The notes under the pieces: generated by a model
The model's input: the letters and a program-made list of their open reading frames with translations, nothing else
Told to the model about the DNA's origin: nothing
Databases searched by the model: none
Made by a program: the position numbers and the translations under genes
Sequence record: SRR22947725_940
DNA: 39,563 nt
Strand: one strand, 5' to 3'
In this document: one piece after another, positions 19,301 to 27,546 of the stretch
Layout: the number at the start of each line of letters is the position of its first letter
Position numbering within the stretch: the stretch's first letter is position 1

Positions 19301-19886
19301 TCTCGCCGAGCTTGCATCACTCAGCAGTGAGGACGAGGGGGCGTCCTTCATCGCTCGCGCCCTCGCTAGCGACACCCTTGCATGGGAAGAAATATACGGT
19401 GTGTCTCAGGATCCCAGCGGGCTTGGGGTAGAACGCAACGTCTTCCGGTACCACCCGCACGAGGTGACGGTGAGGGTTGCTGGGTTTGTTCCTCTGGTGG
19501 AAACGATGCGGGTTCTTATTGCGGGGCTTCGTGCAGGAGCGCGAATCAATGTGTCAAGTACCGACCCGCTACCAGACTCGATCGTGCTCCTATTGGCTAA
19601 AGCTCCGGAGCATTTAGGGAGCCTGGGTTCCGTGGTTGTGGAAACCGAAAGAGCTTTCGTAGCGAGGGTGAACACACATTTGCCGGAGCGGGTTCGGTTG
19701 CTGGGCGGCCGCGTCGATGCGTTAGCCGTGGCATTTGATGGAGCCCCCGAAGTTTCCATTTATGGTGACGAAGTGACCGAGAGTGGCCGGGTAGAGATAC
19801 TTCCCTTCCTCAAGGAACAAGCTGTGTCTCTCACGGCGCACCGGTTTGGCGCCCCTGACGCACGAATGCGAGAGTTAGCGATTTAG
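16365..19886 (+). CDS. putA: Bifunctional proline dehydrogenase / P5C (glutamate semialdehyde) dehydrogenase
   Basis: PRODH motifs NINLLGEAV, LDMEE, GIVLQAYL, KGANL, GHNLFD, YLVRRLDEN; P5CDH motifs PWNFP, ETSGKN, GQKCSA, EYFGP. Confidence 0.96.
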   Translation: MAQALNEKPATPKKPLGIAGATSLANDSVALVRSWLDRAAVLHRRPDASSERLAGVLKDAQGPAFALGFVDRVARPEDLAVAGRNFRELSRDIPAFLPGILRMLIQVGGFFAPIFPSLVVPIARWALKTLIGHLIIDASDKRLGRSLKHLTRKGDRLNINLLGEAVLGDQEADRRLAGVSALIARPDVDYVSVKVSSLSSQLSMWAFDETVERVVKRLIPLFQQAAATTPPTFINLDMEEFKDLDMTIEVFEGVYSNASLKNYTGGIVLQAYLPEALDAMKRIQAFASDRVSKGGACVKVRVAKGANLQMEEVDGAVHDWPLAVLPSKQESDTNYKRVLEYSLTTARTKAVRIGVAGHNLFDVALAYLMAKGRGSLEGVDFEMLIGMAPDQADAVRETVGQLILYTPVVHPKEFDAAVGYLVRRLDENASPENFMSAVFDLHDNAELFAREEARFRSSLKALTAKAPKYHRVQNQGDFRPSGAHIGDVFHNEPDTDPSLAANRGWAREVRKLASSAQGKKLGLDALGKAAIPESLGPIKGGIAVDDLVVRGRKAGALWGKKPAAERANILLAAAEQLNKRRGEFLAVMMQEAGKTLLEGDPEVSEAVDFARYYAHSALELETVDGARFQPAQFTLVTPPWNFPVAIPAGSVLAALAAGSAVAIKPAPQVRRCGALIAEALWAAGVPKNVLQLIDIEEGQIGHGLISHPGVDRLILTGAFETARLFRSWRAELPLLAETSGKNALIVTPSADFDLAVADAVKSAFGHAGQKCSAASILILVGSVAKSERFRRQLVDAVTTLRVGYPDDPEAMMGPVIEAPGGKLRSGLTELGRGESWILEPRQLDESGRLWSPGVRTGVKEGSKFHRTEYFGPVLGIMTARTLDEAIALQNGTDFGLTAGIHSLDPREVQHWLARVQAGNCYVNRGITGAIVQRQPFGGWKSSSVGAGSKAGGPNYLFGLGSWRRTRATAVVGPQRTDPYLAELASLSSEDEGASFIARALASDTLAWEEIYGVSQDPSGLGVERNVFRYHPHEVTVRVAGFVPLVETMRVLIAGLRAGARINVSSTDPLPDSIVLLLAKAPEHLGSLGSVVVETERAFVARVNTHLPERVRLLGGRVDALAVAFDGAPEVSIYGDEVTESGRVEILPFLKEQAVSLTAHRFGAPDARMRELAI

Positions 19887-20320
19887 CCCGCGGGTGTGTG
19901 GACCAGCCGCGAGAGGACGATGGAGCTCTTGGAATGGTTCACATTGGGCGCCGATCGAACTCGCTCGATAGCGCGCTCGAGTGACGCTATGTCTTTGGCG
20001 CGCATGTGAACAATCGCATCCGCATCACCGCTGACCGTGCCTGCTGCGATGACCTCGGGGATGTGGGACAGGATGCGTTCCAGTTCTGGCGGAGAGACCG
20101 TGCCTTGGCAAAAGAGCTCGATATAAGCCTCTACGGCCATCCCATCGACGGAAGGATCAACCACCACGGTGAAAGAGCGGATGATTCCTTGCGCCACGAG
20201 TTTGTCTACTCGACGTTTGACCGCGGAGGCAGATAGCCCGACTAATCCCCCGATATCGCCGTAGTTGGCGCGGGAGTTATGGCGGAGTTCTGTGATGATT
20301 CGCGAGTCAAGAGCATCCAT
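19883..20320 (-). CDS. Lrp/AsnC family transcriptional regulator
   Basis: MDALDSRIITEL...VGLSASAVKRRVDKL HTH plus RAM domain (VSGDADAIVH). Confidence 0.93.
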   Translation of the reverse strand: MDALDSRIITELRHNSRANYGDIGGLVGLSASAVKRRVDKLVAQGIIRSFTVVVDPSVDGMAVEAYIELFCQGTVSPPELERILSHIPEVIAAGTVSGDADAIVHMRAKDIASLERAIERVRSAPNVNHSKSSIVLSRLVHTPAG

Positions 20321-20333
20321 ATCTCCAGTTTAT

Positions 20334-20409
20334 GCACATATCGTGCGTTTTGAGCCCTATTTGTGAAGAATATCTGCGTTCAATAGCCATCAAAGAGCGT
20401 TCGTTGCGT
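20334..20409. promoter_or_regulatory. Three phased candidate Lrp/AsnC binding sites in the divergent promoter
   Basis: GCACATATCGTGC (20334-46), GAAGAATATCTGC (20365-77), GAGCGTTCGTTGC (20395-407), each followed by GT; TGCGT cores at 20344, 20375, 20405. Confidence 0.55.
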
Positions 20410-20423
20410 GTGAAGATGGAGGC

Positions 20424-21269
20424 ATGACAACGACTGTGACTGCACATAGAGCGAGCGATTCTTCCGAGAAGAAGGTGCTCCCCACCATTTTGATGTGTCG
20501 CCCAGAGTTCTTCACCGTGAGCTACCGGATCAATCCCTGGATGCACCCCGAGGATCCCACCGATACGGCCTTGGCGCTGAAGCAGTGGACCGCGCTCTAT
20601 GAAACGTATCGGGACCTGGGATTCACGATTGAGCTCATTGATCCCATTCCAGGCTTACCGGACATGGTGTACGCGGCGAACGGCGGTTTTGTGCTGGATG
20701 GAATTGCGTACGGCGCCAAGTTTCACTATCCCGAACGTCAGCCCGAAGGTCCCGCGTATATGGAGTGGTTTGCGGCGCATGGATTAGAGGTCGTCGAACC
20801 CGAATCAATTAACGAGGGCGAGGGTGACTTCTTGCTCGTGGGGGATGTCATCCTCGCGGCCTCTGGTTTCCGCAGCGACACCAGCAGCCACCAAGAAATC
20901 GCGAAGATTTATGGTCGTGAGGTCGTGTCGTTACAGCTCATCAACCCCAGTTTTTATCACCTGGACACAGCACTCGCGGTGATTGATTCAAAAACCATCG
21001 CCTATCTTCCCAGCGCTTTTGATGAGGCATCTCTGGAAATTCTTCGCACTCGATACCCCGACGCCATTATCGCGAGCGAAGAGGACGCGGCGATTTTGGG
21101 ATTGAACTCCTTTAGCGATGGACACAATGTGGTCATCGCAGAAAAGGCAGTGACTTTCGCGAGAGACCTCAGAGAGCGCGGATATAACCCCATCGGGGTC
21201 GACCTCTCCGAGCTTTTGCTCGCTGGCGGCGGTGTCAAGTGTTGCACTTTAGAGTTGAGGGCATCATGA
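20424..21269 (+). CDS. Amidinotransferase/pentein-fold guanidino-modifying enzyme (DDAH-like; possible arginine dihydrolase)
   Basis: LMCRP...RINPWM, PDMVYAANGG, NEGEGD, YHLDT, GGGVKCCTL (Cys-His-Glu/Asp triad); GGAGG RBS. Confidence 0.88.
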   Translation: MTTTVTAHRASDSSEKKVLPTILMCRPEFFTVSYRINPWMHPEDPTDTALALKQWTALYETYRDLGFTIELIDPIPGLPDMVYAANGGFVLDGIAYGAKFHYPERQPEGPAYMEWFAAHGLEVVEPESINEGEGDFLLVGDVILAASGFRSDTSSHQEIAKIYGREVVSLQLINPSFYHLDTALAVIDSKTIAYLPSAFDEASLEILRTRYPDAIIASEEDAAILGLNSFSDGHNVVIAEKAVTFARDLRERGYNPIGVDLSELLLAGGGVKCCTLELRAS

Positions 21270-22486
21270 CCCCCACAACGACAGCCCGAGCCCTGGAAAC
21301 CGAGCGCGAGTCTCTCACCAGGAACTACAACCCGCTTCCCGTGGTTGCGGCTAGCGCCAAAGGCGCCTGGGTGACTGATGTTGAGGGAAAAAAATATCTC
21401 GACTGTTTGGCCGCATATTCTGCCGTCAATTTCGGCCACGGTAACAAAACATTGATTCGCGCTGCGAGGAAACAACTCGGCAAAGTCACGTTGACCTCTC
21501 GCGCTTTTTATCACGACCAGTTGGGCCCGTTTGCGAAGGAATTGGCGGCCCTGCTGGGGATGGACATGGTCCTGCCGATGAACACCGGCGCCGAAGCCGT
21601 AGAAAGCGCGATCAAGGTTTCCCGCGCGTGGGGGTACCGGGTCAAAGGTGTGGCTGCGAACAAAGCGAAAATCATCGTCGCGAAGGAGAACTTTCACGGT
21701 CGCACCATCTCGATTGTGAGTTTTTCGACCGATGAGTCTTCCCGCAAGGATTTCGGCCCTTTCACCCCCGGCTTTGTCAGCGTTCCCTATGGCGACGCAG
21801 AGGCGCTGGAGAAAGAAATTGATGCCAACACGGTGGCCGTATTACTCGAACCCATTCAGGGGGAGGCTGGAATCATCACTCCCCCCAAGGGATATCTGAA
21901 GAAGGTGCGCGCGCTCACCAAAGCCAACAATGTTTTGATGATCGCCGACGAAATCCAATCGGGGCTTGGCCGGACAGGTGCCACTGTTCAGTGCAACAAC
22001 GAAAAAGTCGTGCCCGATATGTATATCTTGGGCAAAGCCTTGGGGGGCGGGATTGTCCCGGTGAGCGCGGTTGTGGGGCGCAAAGAAGTCATGGGTGTTT
22101 TGAAGCCGGGCGAACACGGGTCCACCTTTGGTGGAAATCCCCTCGCGGCAGCGGTGGGACTTGCTGTGGTGAGGATGCTCGCCAAGGGGGACATGCAACG
22201 TCGGTCCCAGCGACTGGGAAAACACTTGAAGAAAAGGCTAGAGGCCTTGGTGGGTAAAGGTGTTCTTGCGGTCCGTGGTGCTGGGCTGTGGGCCGGTATT
22301 GACATTGACCCAACCCTCGCCACGGGTCGCGAGGTGTGTGAGGCTCTGATGCGAAAAGGTGTTCTCGCCAAGGACACCCACGGTTCCACCATTCGCTTGG
22401 CGCCCCCTCTCATCGTGTCCAAAAAGGACCTCGACTGGGGGATTGACCAGCTCGAAGCGGTACTCGCGGAATTGCGTTCACGCTAG
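21266..22486 (+). CDS. rocD: Ornithine--oxo-acid aminotransferase
   Basis: YNPLPVV, YSAVNFGH, NTGAEAVE, FHGRT, EPIQGEAG, DEIQSGLGRTG, PLP Lys in LGKALGGG, HGSTFGGNP; ATGA coupling to the upstream gene. Confidence 0.94.
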   Translation: MTPTTTARALETERESLTRNYNPLPVVAASAKGAWVTDVEGKKYLDCLAAYSAVNFGHGNKTLIRAARKQLGKVTLTSRAFYHDQLGPFAKELAALLGMDMVLPMNTGAEAVESAIKVSRAWGYRVKGVAANKAKIIVAKENFHGRTISIVSFSTDESSRKDFGPFTPGFVSVPYGDAEALEKEIDANTVAVLLEPIQGEAGIITPPKGYLKKVRALTKANNVLMIADEIQSGLGRTGATVQCNNEKVVPDMYILGKALGGGIVPVSAVVGRKEVMGVLKPGEHGSTFGGNPLAAAVGLAVVRMLAKGDMQRRSQRLGKHLKKRLEALVGKGVLAVRGAGLWAGIDIDPTLATGREVCEALMRKGVLAKDTHGSTIRLAPPLIVSKKDLDWGIDQLEAVLAELRSR

Positions 22487-22515
22487 GTATATTGCCCCTT
22501 GGAATCCCAGAACCA

Positions 22516-22534
22516 CTGGGTTAGCCTTAGGTTC
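22516..22534 (+). promoter_or_regulatory. Candidate IdeR/DtxR iron box overlapping a -10 element (TAGCCT 22522-27)
   Basis: CTGGGTTAGCCTTAGGTTC matches 14/19 of TWAGGTWAGSCTWACCTWA; 51 bp upstream of the Fe3+-binding protein gene. Confidence 0.65.
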
Positions 22535-22585
22535 TAACGCCTATTTCGGGAACGACCCCGGAGTTCTCGTCTCCCCAGGAGAAAT

Positions 22586-23677
22586 ATGACTTCTTTTGCG
22601 CGCACCCGAATACTCACGCTTCTCGTGGCTTCGAGCGTGGCGCTGGGCGGGTGTGCAACGGCTGAAGAGCCGGAGGCTGTCGCTGAAGATACTGCGGTTA
22701 TCGAAGAGAGCGCCGAAGATATTGCCGTCGTTGCGGGAGAGGATGATTACGTCATCCTCTATTCCGGGCGGGAAGAAAGTCTTATTCAGCCCTTGATCGA
22801 CGTCTTTATGGAAGAGAGCGGTGTTCAAGTCGACATTCGCTACGCCGGAACGTCTGAACTTGCTGCACAAATTTTGGAAGAGGGTTCGCAAAGCCCTGCC
22901 GCAGTGTTCCTCTCTCAAGACGCGGGTGCATTGGGCGCGCTGGGTGAGGCGGGACTCTTGGACACCCTCCCTGCGCAGATTAGTAACCGGGTAGACCCAG
23001 CTTTCACTTCGACTGATGGCTCCTGGGTGGGCGTGACCGGTCGCGCACGGGTCATTGTTTATGACTCGGAGAACGTCGCAGTAGCGGACCTCCCCACCGA
23101 TGCTGATGACATTGTTGGCCCGCAGTGGTCAGGCAAAGTTGGCGTCGCGCCGGCAAACGCGAGCTTCCAGTCCTTCGTCACCGCCTACCGGGTGATTCGG
23201 GGAGAAACTGCTGCGGACCAGTGGGTCTCTGGTCTTGTCATTAACGATCCTCAAATTTACGAGAAGAACAGCGCCATTTTGGAAGCGGTCAATTCCGGGG
23301 AAATCCCACTCGGACTGATCAATCACTACTACTGGTACCAGATGGAAAGCGAGCGGGGGGCGGACAACATGCGCGCAGCTCTCTACTTCTTGCCCGCAGA
23401 AGACCCTGCGGCCATCGTTAACGTTTCGGGGGTGGGGATTTTGAAGGCCCAGAGCAGTGACTTAGATGCTGTGACGTTGGTGGAGTTCTTGGTTTCTGAT
23501 CAAGCACAGCAGTATTTCGTCAGCACGACCTATGAATATCCTCTTGTCCCAGGAATCACGTCACCGGAAGGCCTTCCCCCTCTCTCGGAGCTGGCTTCAG
23601 CAGATTTCGACCTTTCTGATTTGCGCACCCTGGCAGATACCCAGGACCTCTTGCGCAAATACGGACTGATTTTTTAG
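22586..23677 (+). CDS. Fe3+ ABC transporter substrate-binding lipoprotein (FutA/FbpA/AfuA family)
   Basis: Lipobox LGGC; YSGR, SQDAG, TGRARV, NASF, INHYYW tandem Tyr, EYPL. Confidence 0.9.
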   Translation: MTSFARTRILTLLVASSVALGGCATAEEPEAVAEDTAVIEESAEDIAVVAGEDDYVILYSGREESLIQPLIDVFMEESGVQVDIRYAGTSELAAQILEEGSQSPAAVFLSQDAGALGALGEAGLLDTLPAQISNRVDPAFTSTDGSWVGVTGRARVIVYDSENVAVADLPTDADDIVGPQWSGKVGVAPANASFQSFVTAYRVIRGETAADQWVSGLVINDPQIYEKNSAILEAVNSGEIPLGLINHYYWYQMESERGADNMRAALYFLPAEDPAAIVNVSGVGILKAQSSDLDAVTLVEFLVSDQAQQYFVSTTYEYPLVPGITSPEGLPPLSELASADFDLSDLRTLADTQDLLRKYGLIF

Positions 23678-23694
23678 GCCCCCAAGGCTCCTCC

Positions 23695-25227
23695 GTGATC
23701 TCCTCTACTCTTCTGACTAAGCCGCCACGGTGGCTCGTGGGATTGTCCCTGGTCACTGTAGCCATCGTCACGATTCCGCTGGTCTATGTCGTGTGGCGGG
23801 TTGGCGAAATACCCTGGGTGGATATCGCGGTGGTTCTCTCGAGGCCGAGGGTGGCCGAAATTACGCTCAACACTGTGGGTCTCAGTGCCGCGGTTTCCGT
23901 CACTGCTCTGATGGGCGGAGTGGGTGTTGCTGGCCTGCTGACTCGGGTTCGCTTTCGCGCAGCGAAGGCGCTGTTATTGATATCGGCACTTCCCCTAGCG
24001 GTGCCGTCCTATCTTGCTTCCTACGGCTGGCTGGTCATCTCCCCCGGTATCAATGGTTTTCTGCCGAGCTGGCTGCTTTTGAGTGCCGTGACGGTTCCCT
24101 ATGTCACCCTTCCGGTGGCAGCAGCGTTGAGAGGAACCTCCGCCGAAGGCGAAGCGGTGGCGAGAACACTCGGATTTGGCCCTCTTCGCGCGTTCTGGTT
24201 GGTGACCTGGCCTCAGGTGCGGCCGGCTGCCATAGCGGGAGCCCTACTTGTCTTTCTTTACACGCTTAGCGATTACGGACTCGTCGCCATGCTGCGATAC
24301 GAGACGTTGACGTGGGGCATTCAACAGTCCTTTGCGGCGAGCTTCGACCGTTCGCAGGCAGCTATTCTTGCGCTGCTCTTGGTGGTGATCGCCTTGGTGG
24401 TCGTGGCCGGCGAGAGAAGCGCCAGGGGTCAGGTGGCTCCAACCACAGCAACGGTGTCGACGCTGGAATCCCTGCGCCCCCTTCCCCGGACCCTGTCACT
24501 GGCAGTCATTCTGGTGGCGCCCATTGCCGGGGTAGTGGTCCCTTTGCTGGGGTTGGGGATTCGGTTGGTGGGTGCAGAAACGGTGCGCGAGATTGATGTC
24601 TCCCGCTTGGCCCTTGCCACCGGGGTGACCGTGGGGGTGGCCTTTCTCGCAGCACTTGTTGCCTTGCTGTTAGCCGTTCCCGTGGCAGCGCTCGCTGCAC
24701 GGTATTCCGGCAAGTGGGTCGCGGGACTGGAAACACTTGCGTATCTCCCTCACGCTATTCCCGGAATCGTCATTGGGTTGTCCTTGGTATTTTTCAGCTT
24801 GGCGGTGTTGCCTCCGCTCTATCAAACGACTGCGGTCTTGGTCTTTGCCTATGCCGTCCTCTTCATGCCCAAAGCCCTGGGGACAGCCCGCGCCAGCATT
24901 AACGCTGTGTCGCCCACCCTGGTCAATGTGGCTCGCACCCTGGGGGCAAAGCCGGTCTCTGCCTGGGCGCGTGTCACCCTTCCTTTGGCGCTTCCCGGTC
25001 TGGGAATCGGCGCGCTGTTGGTAGCAATTGCCACGATGAAGGAATTGCCCGCAACACTGTTACTTCGCCCGACCGGCGTCAACACGTTGGCCACGGAGCT
25101 CTGGAGTAGGACATCCGCGGGCGAATTTGGCGCCGCCGCACCCTATGCCGCTCTTCTTGTGGTGGTCGCAGCAATCCCTGCGATGATTCTCTCGGGAGTC
25201 CGGTCGTCAGCTAAGGAGGAACTATGA
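23695..25227 (+). CDS. Fe3+ ABC transporter permease (FbpB-like, duplicated domain)
   Basis: Two EAA-like loops (EAVARTLG, NVARTLG), LSDYG, KELPATLLLRP. Confidence 0.9.
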   Translation: MISSTLLTKPPRWLVGLSLVTVAIVTIPLVYVVWRVGEIPWVDIAVVLSRPRVAEITLNTVGLSAAVSVTALMGGVGVAGLLTRVRFRAAKALLLISALPLAVPSYLASYGWLVISPGINGFLPSWLLLSAVTVPYVTLPVAAALRGTSAEGEAVARTLGFGPLRAFWLVTWPQVRPAAIAGALLVFLYTLSDYGLVAMLRYETLTWGIQQSFAASFDRSQAAILALLLVVIALVVVAGERSARGQVAPTTATVSTLESLRPLPRTLSLAVILVAPIAGVVVPLLGLGIRLVGAETVREIDVSRLALATGVTVGVAFLAALVALLLAVPVAALAARYSGKWVAGLETLAYLPHAIPGIVIGLSLVFFSLAVLPPLYQTTAVLVFAYAVLFMPKALGTARASINAVSPTLVNVARTLGAKPVSAWARVTLPLALPGLGIGALLVAIATMKELPATLLLRPTGVNTLATELWSRTSAGEFGAAAPYAALLVVVAAIPAMILSGVRSSAKEEL

Positions 25228-26348
25228 CAACGCTCAGCGTGAAAAACGCTGGTTTGTCCTATGGGTCCAGGCCAGCTCTGAGAGATGTGTCTCTCGATAT
25301 CCCCTCGGGCTCCTTAGTGGCGATTTTGGGCCCGTCAGGCTGTGGGAAAACAAGCTTGTTGATGGCGATAGCCGGACTGCTGGCGATTGAGGAAGGTGTC
25401 ATTACCGCGGGGGATCGGGAGCTCTCACGCGGTTCCACTCGCGTTCCGCCCGAACAACGCGGCATCGGGTGGGTTCCTCAACAGGCATCGCTTTTCCCTC
25501 ACTTGAGTGTTCGAGACAACATTGGGTTTGGCCTTCGAAAAGGCCGCAGGCGCAACGAGCGAGTCGAGGAGTTGGCGGAAATGATTGGCCTTGCCGGATT
25601 CCTCGATCGCTCCCCCGGTCAGCTTTCTGGCGGCCAGGCCCAACGTGTTGCGCTGGCGCGCGCGCTGGGCCCCTCGCCCGATGTGTTGCTCTTGGATGAA
25701 CCTTTTGGCGCCTTGGACAGTGTCCTGCGCCACACCCTGGCGCGTGATGTCGTGGAAATCTTGCGCAAGGAAGACATCACCGGCGTTTTGGTCACCCACG
25801 ATAGGGAAGAAGCGCTCGATTTAGCCGACCTGGTGGCAGTGATGGATGAGGGTCGAATCGTTCAGGTGGGGACACCGGTGGAGGTCTATGAATCACCAGC
25901 CACCCCCTGGGTTGCCTCTTTTGTCGGTGACACCGTCGAGTTGGCGGGGACCTGGCGCCACGGTGCTCTGCAATGCCAGCAGTGCGGGGCAGCTGATTTT
26001 TGCGGGCCCACTCAGAACCGACCCGGATGCACAGGGCACGTGGTGTGTTCGCTCGGCGATGTTGCAGCCACAGCGCAGGGATACGTGCCCGAAGATGGCG
26101 CAGCCGTCCGTGTCGTGGTTCGTCCCGAATGGCTCGTTCCCGCCTCCTCAGGAATCCCCGCAAGGGTGAGGGGGGTTTCCTATGCTGGACACGATGCTCT
26201 CGTTGAGTTCGATGTAGCCGGGCAGAAAGACCGCGTCCGCGCGCGTATTTCTGCACCTTTCCTGCCCTCCATCGGCCAAGATTTCCACTTAGCCTTGCGT
26301 CACCCCGCCCTTGTTTTCCCCGCCCCTCAGGACGCCGCGCTAGCCTAA
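25224..26348 (+). CDS. Fe3+ ABC transporter ATP-binding protein (FbpC-like) with Cys-rich insertion
   Basis: Walker A GPSGCGKT, LSGGQ, LLLDEP, VTHD; C-terminal OB/TOBE-like region (VRPE). Confidence 0.9.
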   Translation: MTTLSVKNAGLSYGSRPALRDVSLDIPSGSLVAILGPSGCGKTSLLMAIAGLLAIEEGVITAGDRELSRGSTRVPPEQRGIGWVPQQASLFPHLSVRDNIGFGLRKGRRRNERVEELAEMIGLAGFLDRSPGQLSGGQAQRVALARALGPSPDVLLLDEPFGALDSVLRHTLARDVVEILRKEDITGVLVTHDREEALDLADLVAVMDEGRIVQVGTPVEVYESPATPWVASFVGDTVELAGTWRHGALQCQQCGAADFCGPTQNRPGCTGHVVCSLGDVAATAQGYVPEDGAAVRVVVRPEWLVPASSGIPARVRGVSYAGHDALVEFDVAGQKDRVRARISAPFLPSIGQDFHLALRHPALVFPAPQDAALA

Positions 26349-26352
26349 ATCC

Positions 26353-27477
26353 GTGACTACCCATTCCCACTCTTCGCCTCGGTCTTTGCTGGATGCACAG
26401 ACTCTGGAGGGCATCCGCTCGCGAGCAGCGGGATATGACGAGCGTAATGAGTTCTTTAGCGAAGACCTCGAGGTGCTTTCTGCTCTCGGTTATCTGAAGC
26501 CTCGAAGCCTTGCCGACACCATTACTGACCAACGGCTCCTGGCCGCCCACGCGCCGGCGACAGCGCTGGGCGTGGGGATGCATCTGACCTGGATGGGGGT
26601 CGCACGGGACATGGTGACACAGGGATTCACACAGTTTGAGTGGATTCTCGAGGAGGGCGCTGCGGGCGAACTGTTTGCTTTTGGGGTGAGTGAACGCGGT
26701 AATTCCCGGGTGCTGGCTGACTCCACCACCGTGGTGGAAGAAACAGCGGAGGGTTTTGAGTTCTCTGGCACCAAGATTTTTGTCTCCCTCTCTCCTGCCT
26801 GGACCAGGCTGTCGCTACTGGGGCGCTTAGGCGAGGACATGGTCCACGGCTTTATTGATCGTGACCAGGCAGGATGGTCAAACACCCCGGACTGGGACAC
26901 CCTGGGAATGCGAGCGACTCAGAGCTATACGACCACACTCGAGAAGGCCCGGGTGCGCCTGGATCGAATGGTGCGAAGAATTCCCGTGGGCGACAACACT
27001 GACCCCTTTACGGTGGCGGTCTTCCAAAACTTCTTGCTACTGGTGTCCAGTGTGTATGCCGGTATTGCTGATCGCGCGCTAGAGCTGGCGGTGGAGGGGG
27101 CAAGGAACAAAGGCTCCGCCTTTGACCCCCAGACCCACCACAGTGATGACCCCGATATTCGCTGGCAGATTGCGGATATGGCCATAGCTCTTGATTCCCT
27201 TGCCCCCCAACTCCAGGCCTATGCCGTGCTGGTGGATTCAGGGGGAGCAACCCCCGATCACTGGTTCAGGTTGCTCTCGGGCGTGAAACACCAGAGTGTT
27301 GAAGTCGCACGGAGCATCGTGGATGGTGCCATGCGCGTGGTGGGGGGAAGCGCCTATCGTCGAACCCATGAACTCAGCCGACTGCAGCGAGACGTGTTGG
27401 CTGGTGTTTACCACCCCAGCGACACCGAAGCTGTTCATTCCACGGTCGCTCACGACCTTCTGGGCCCAGCCGCATAA
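26353..27477 (+). CDS. Acyl-CoA dehydrogenase-fold flavoprotein (possibly DszC/SfnB-like monooxygenase)
   Basis: GTKIFVS, WDTLGMRATQS, VVGG..Y, LSRLQRDVLAGVYHP. Confidence 0.82.
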   Translation: MTTHSHSSPRSLLDAQTLEGIRSRAAGYDERNEFFSEDLEVLSALGYLKPRSLADTITDQRLLAAHAPATALGVGMHLTWMGVARDMVTQGFTQFEWILEEGAAGELFAFGVSERGNSRVLADSTTVVEETAEGFEFSGTKIFVSLSPAWTRLSLLGRLGEDMVHGFIDRDQAGWSNTPDWDTLGMRATQSYTTTLEKARVRLDRMVRRIPVGDNTDPFTVAVFQNFLLLVSSVYAGIADRALELAVEGARNKGSAFDPQTHHSDDPDIRWQIADMAIALDSLAPQLQAYAVLVDSGGATPDHWFRLLSGVKHQSVEVARSIVDGAMRVVGGSAYRRTHELSRLQRDVLAGVYHPSDTEAVHSTVAHDLLGPAA

Positions 27478-27546
27478 GCCCGTTGTTCCTCTGCGGAACT
27501 CGCGCTGGGCGCGATAGACGTAGCTGCCTTCGCCTACGATTACCCC

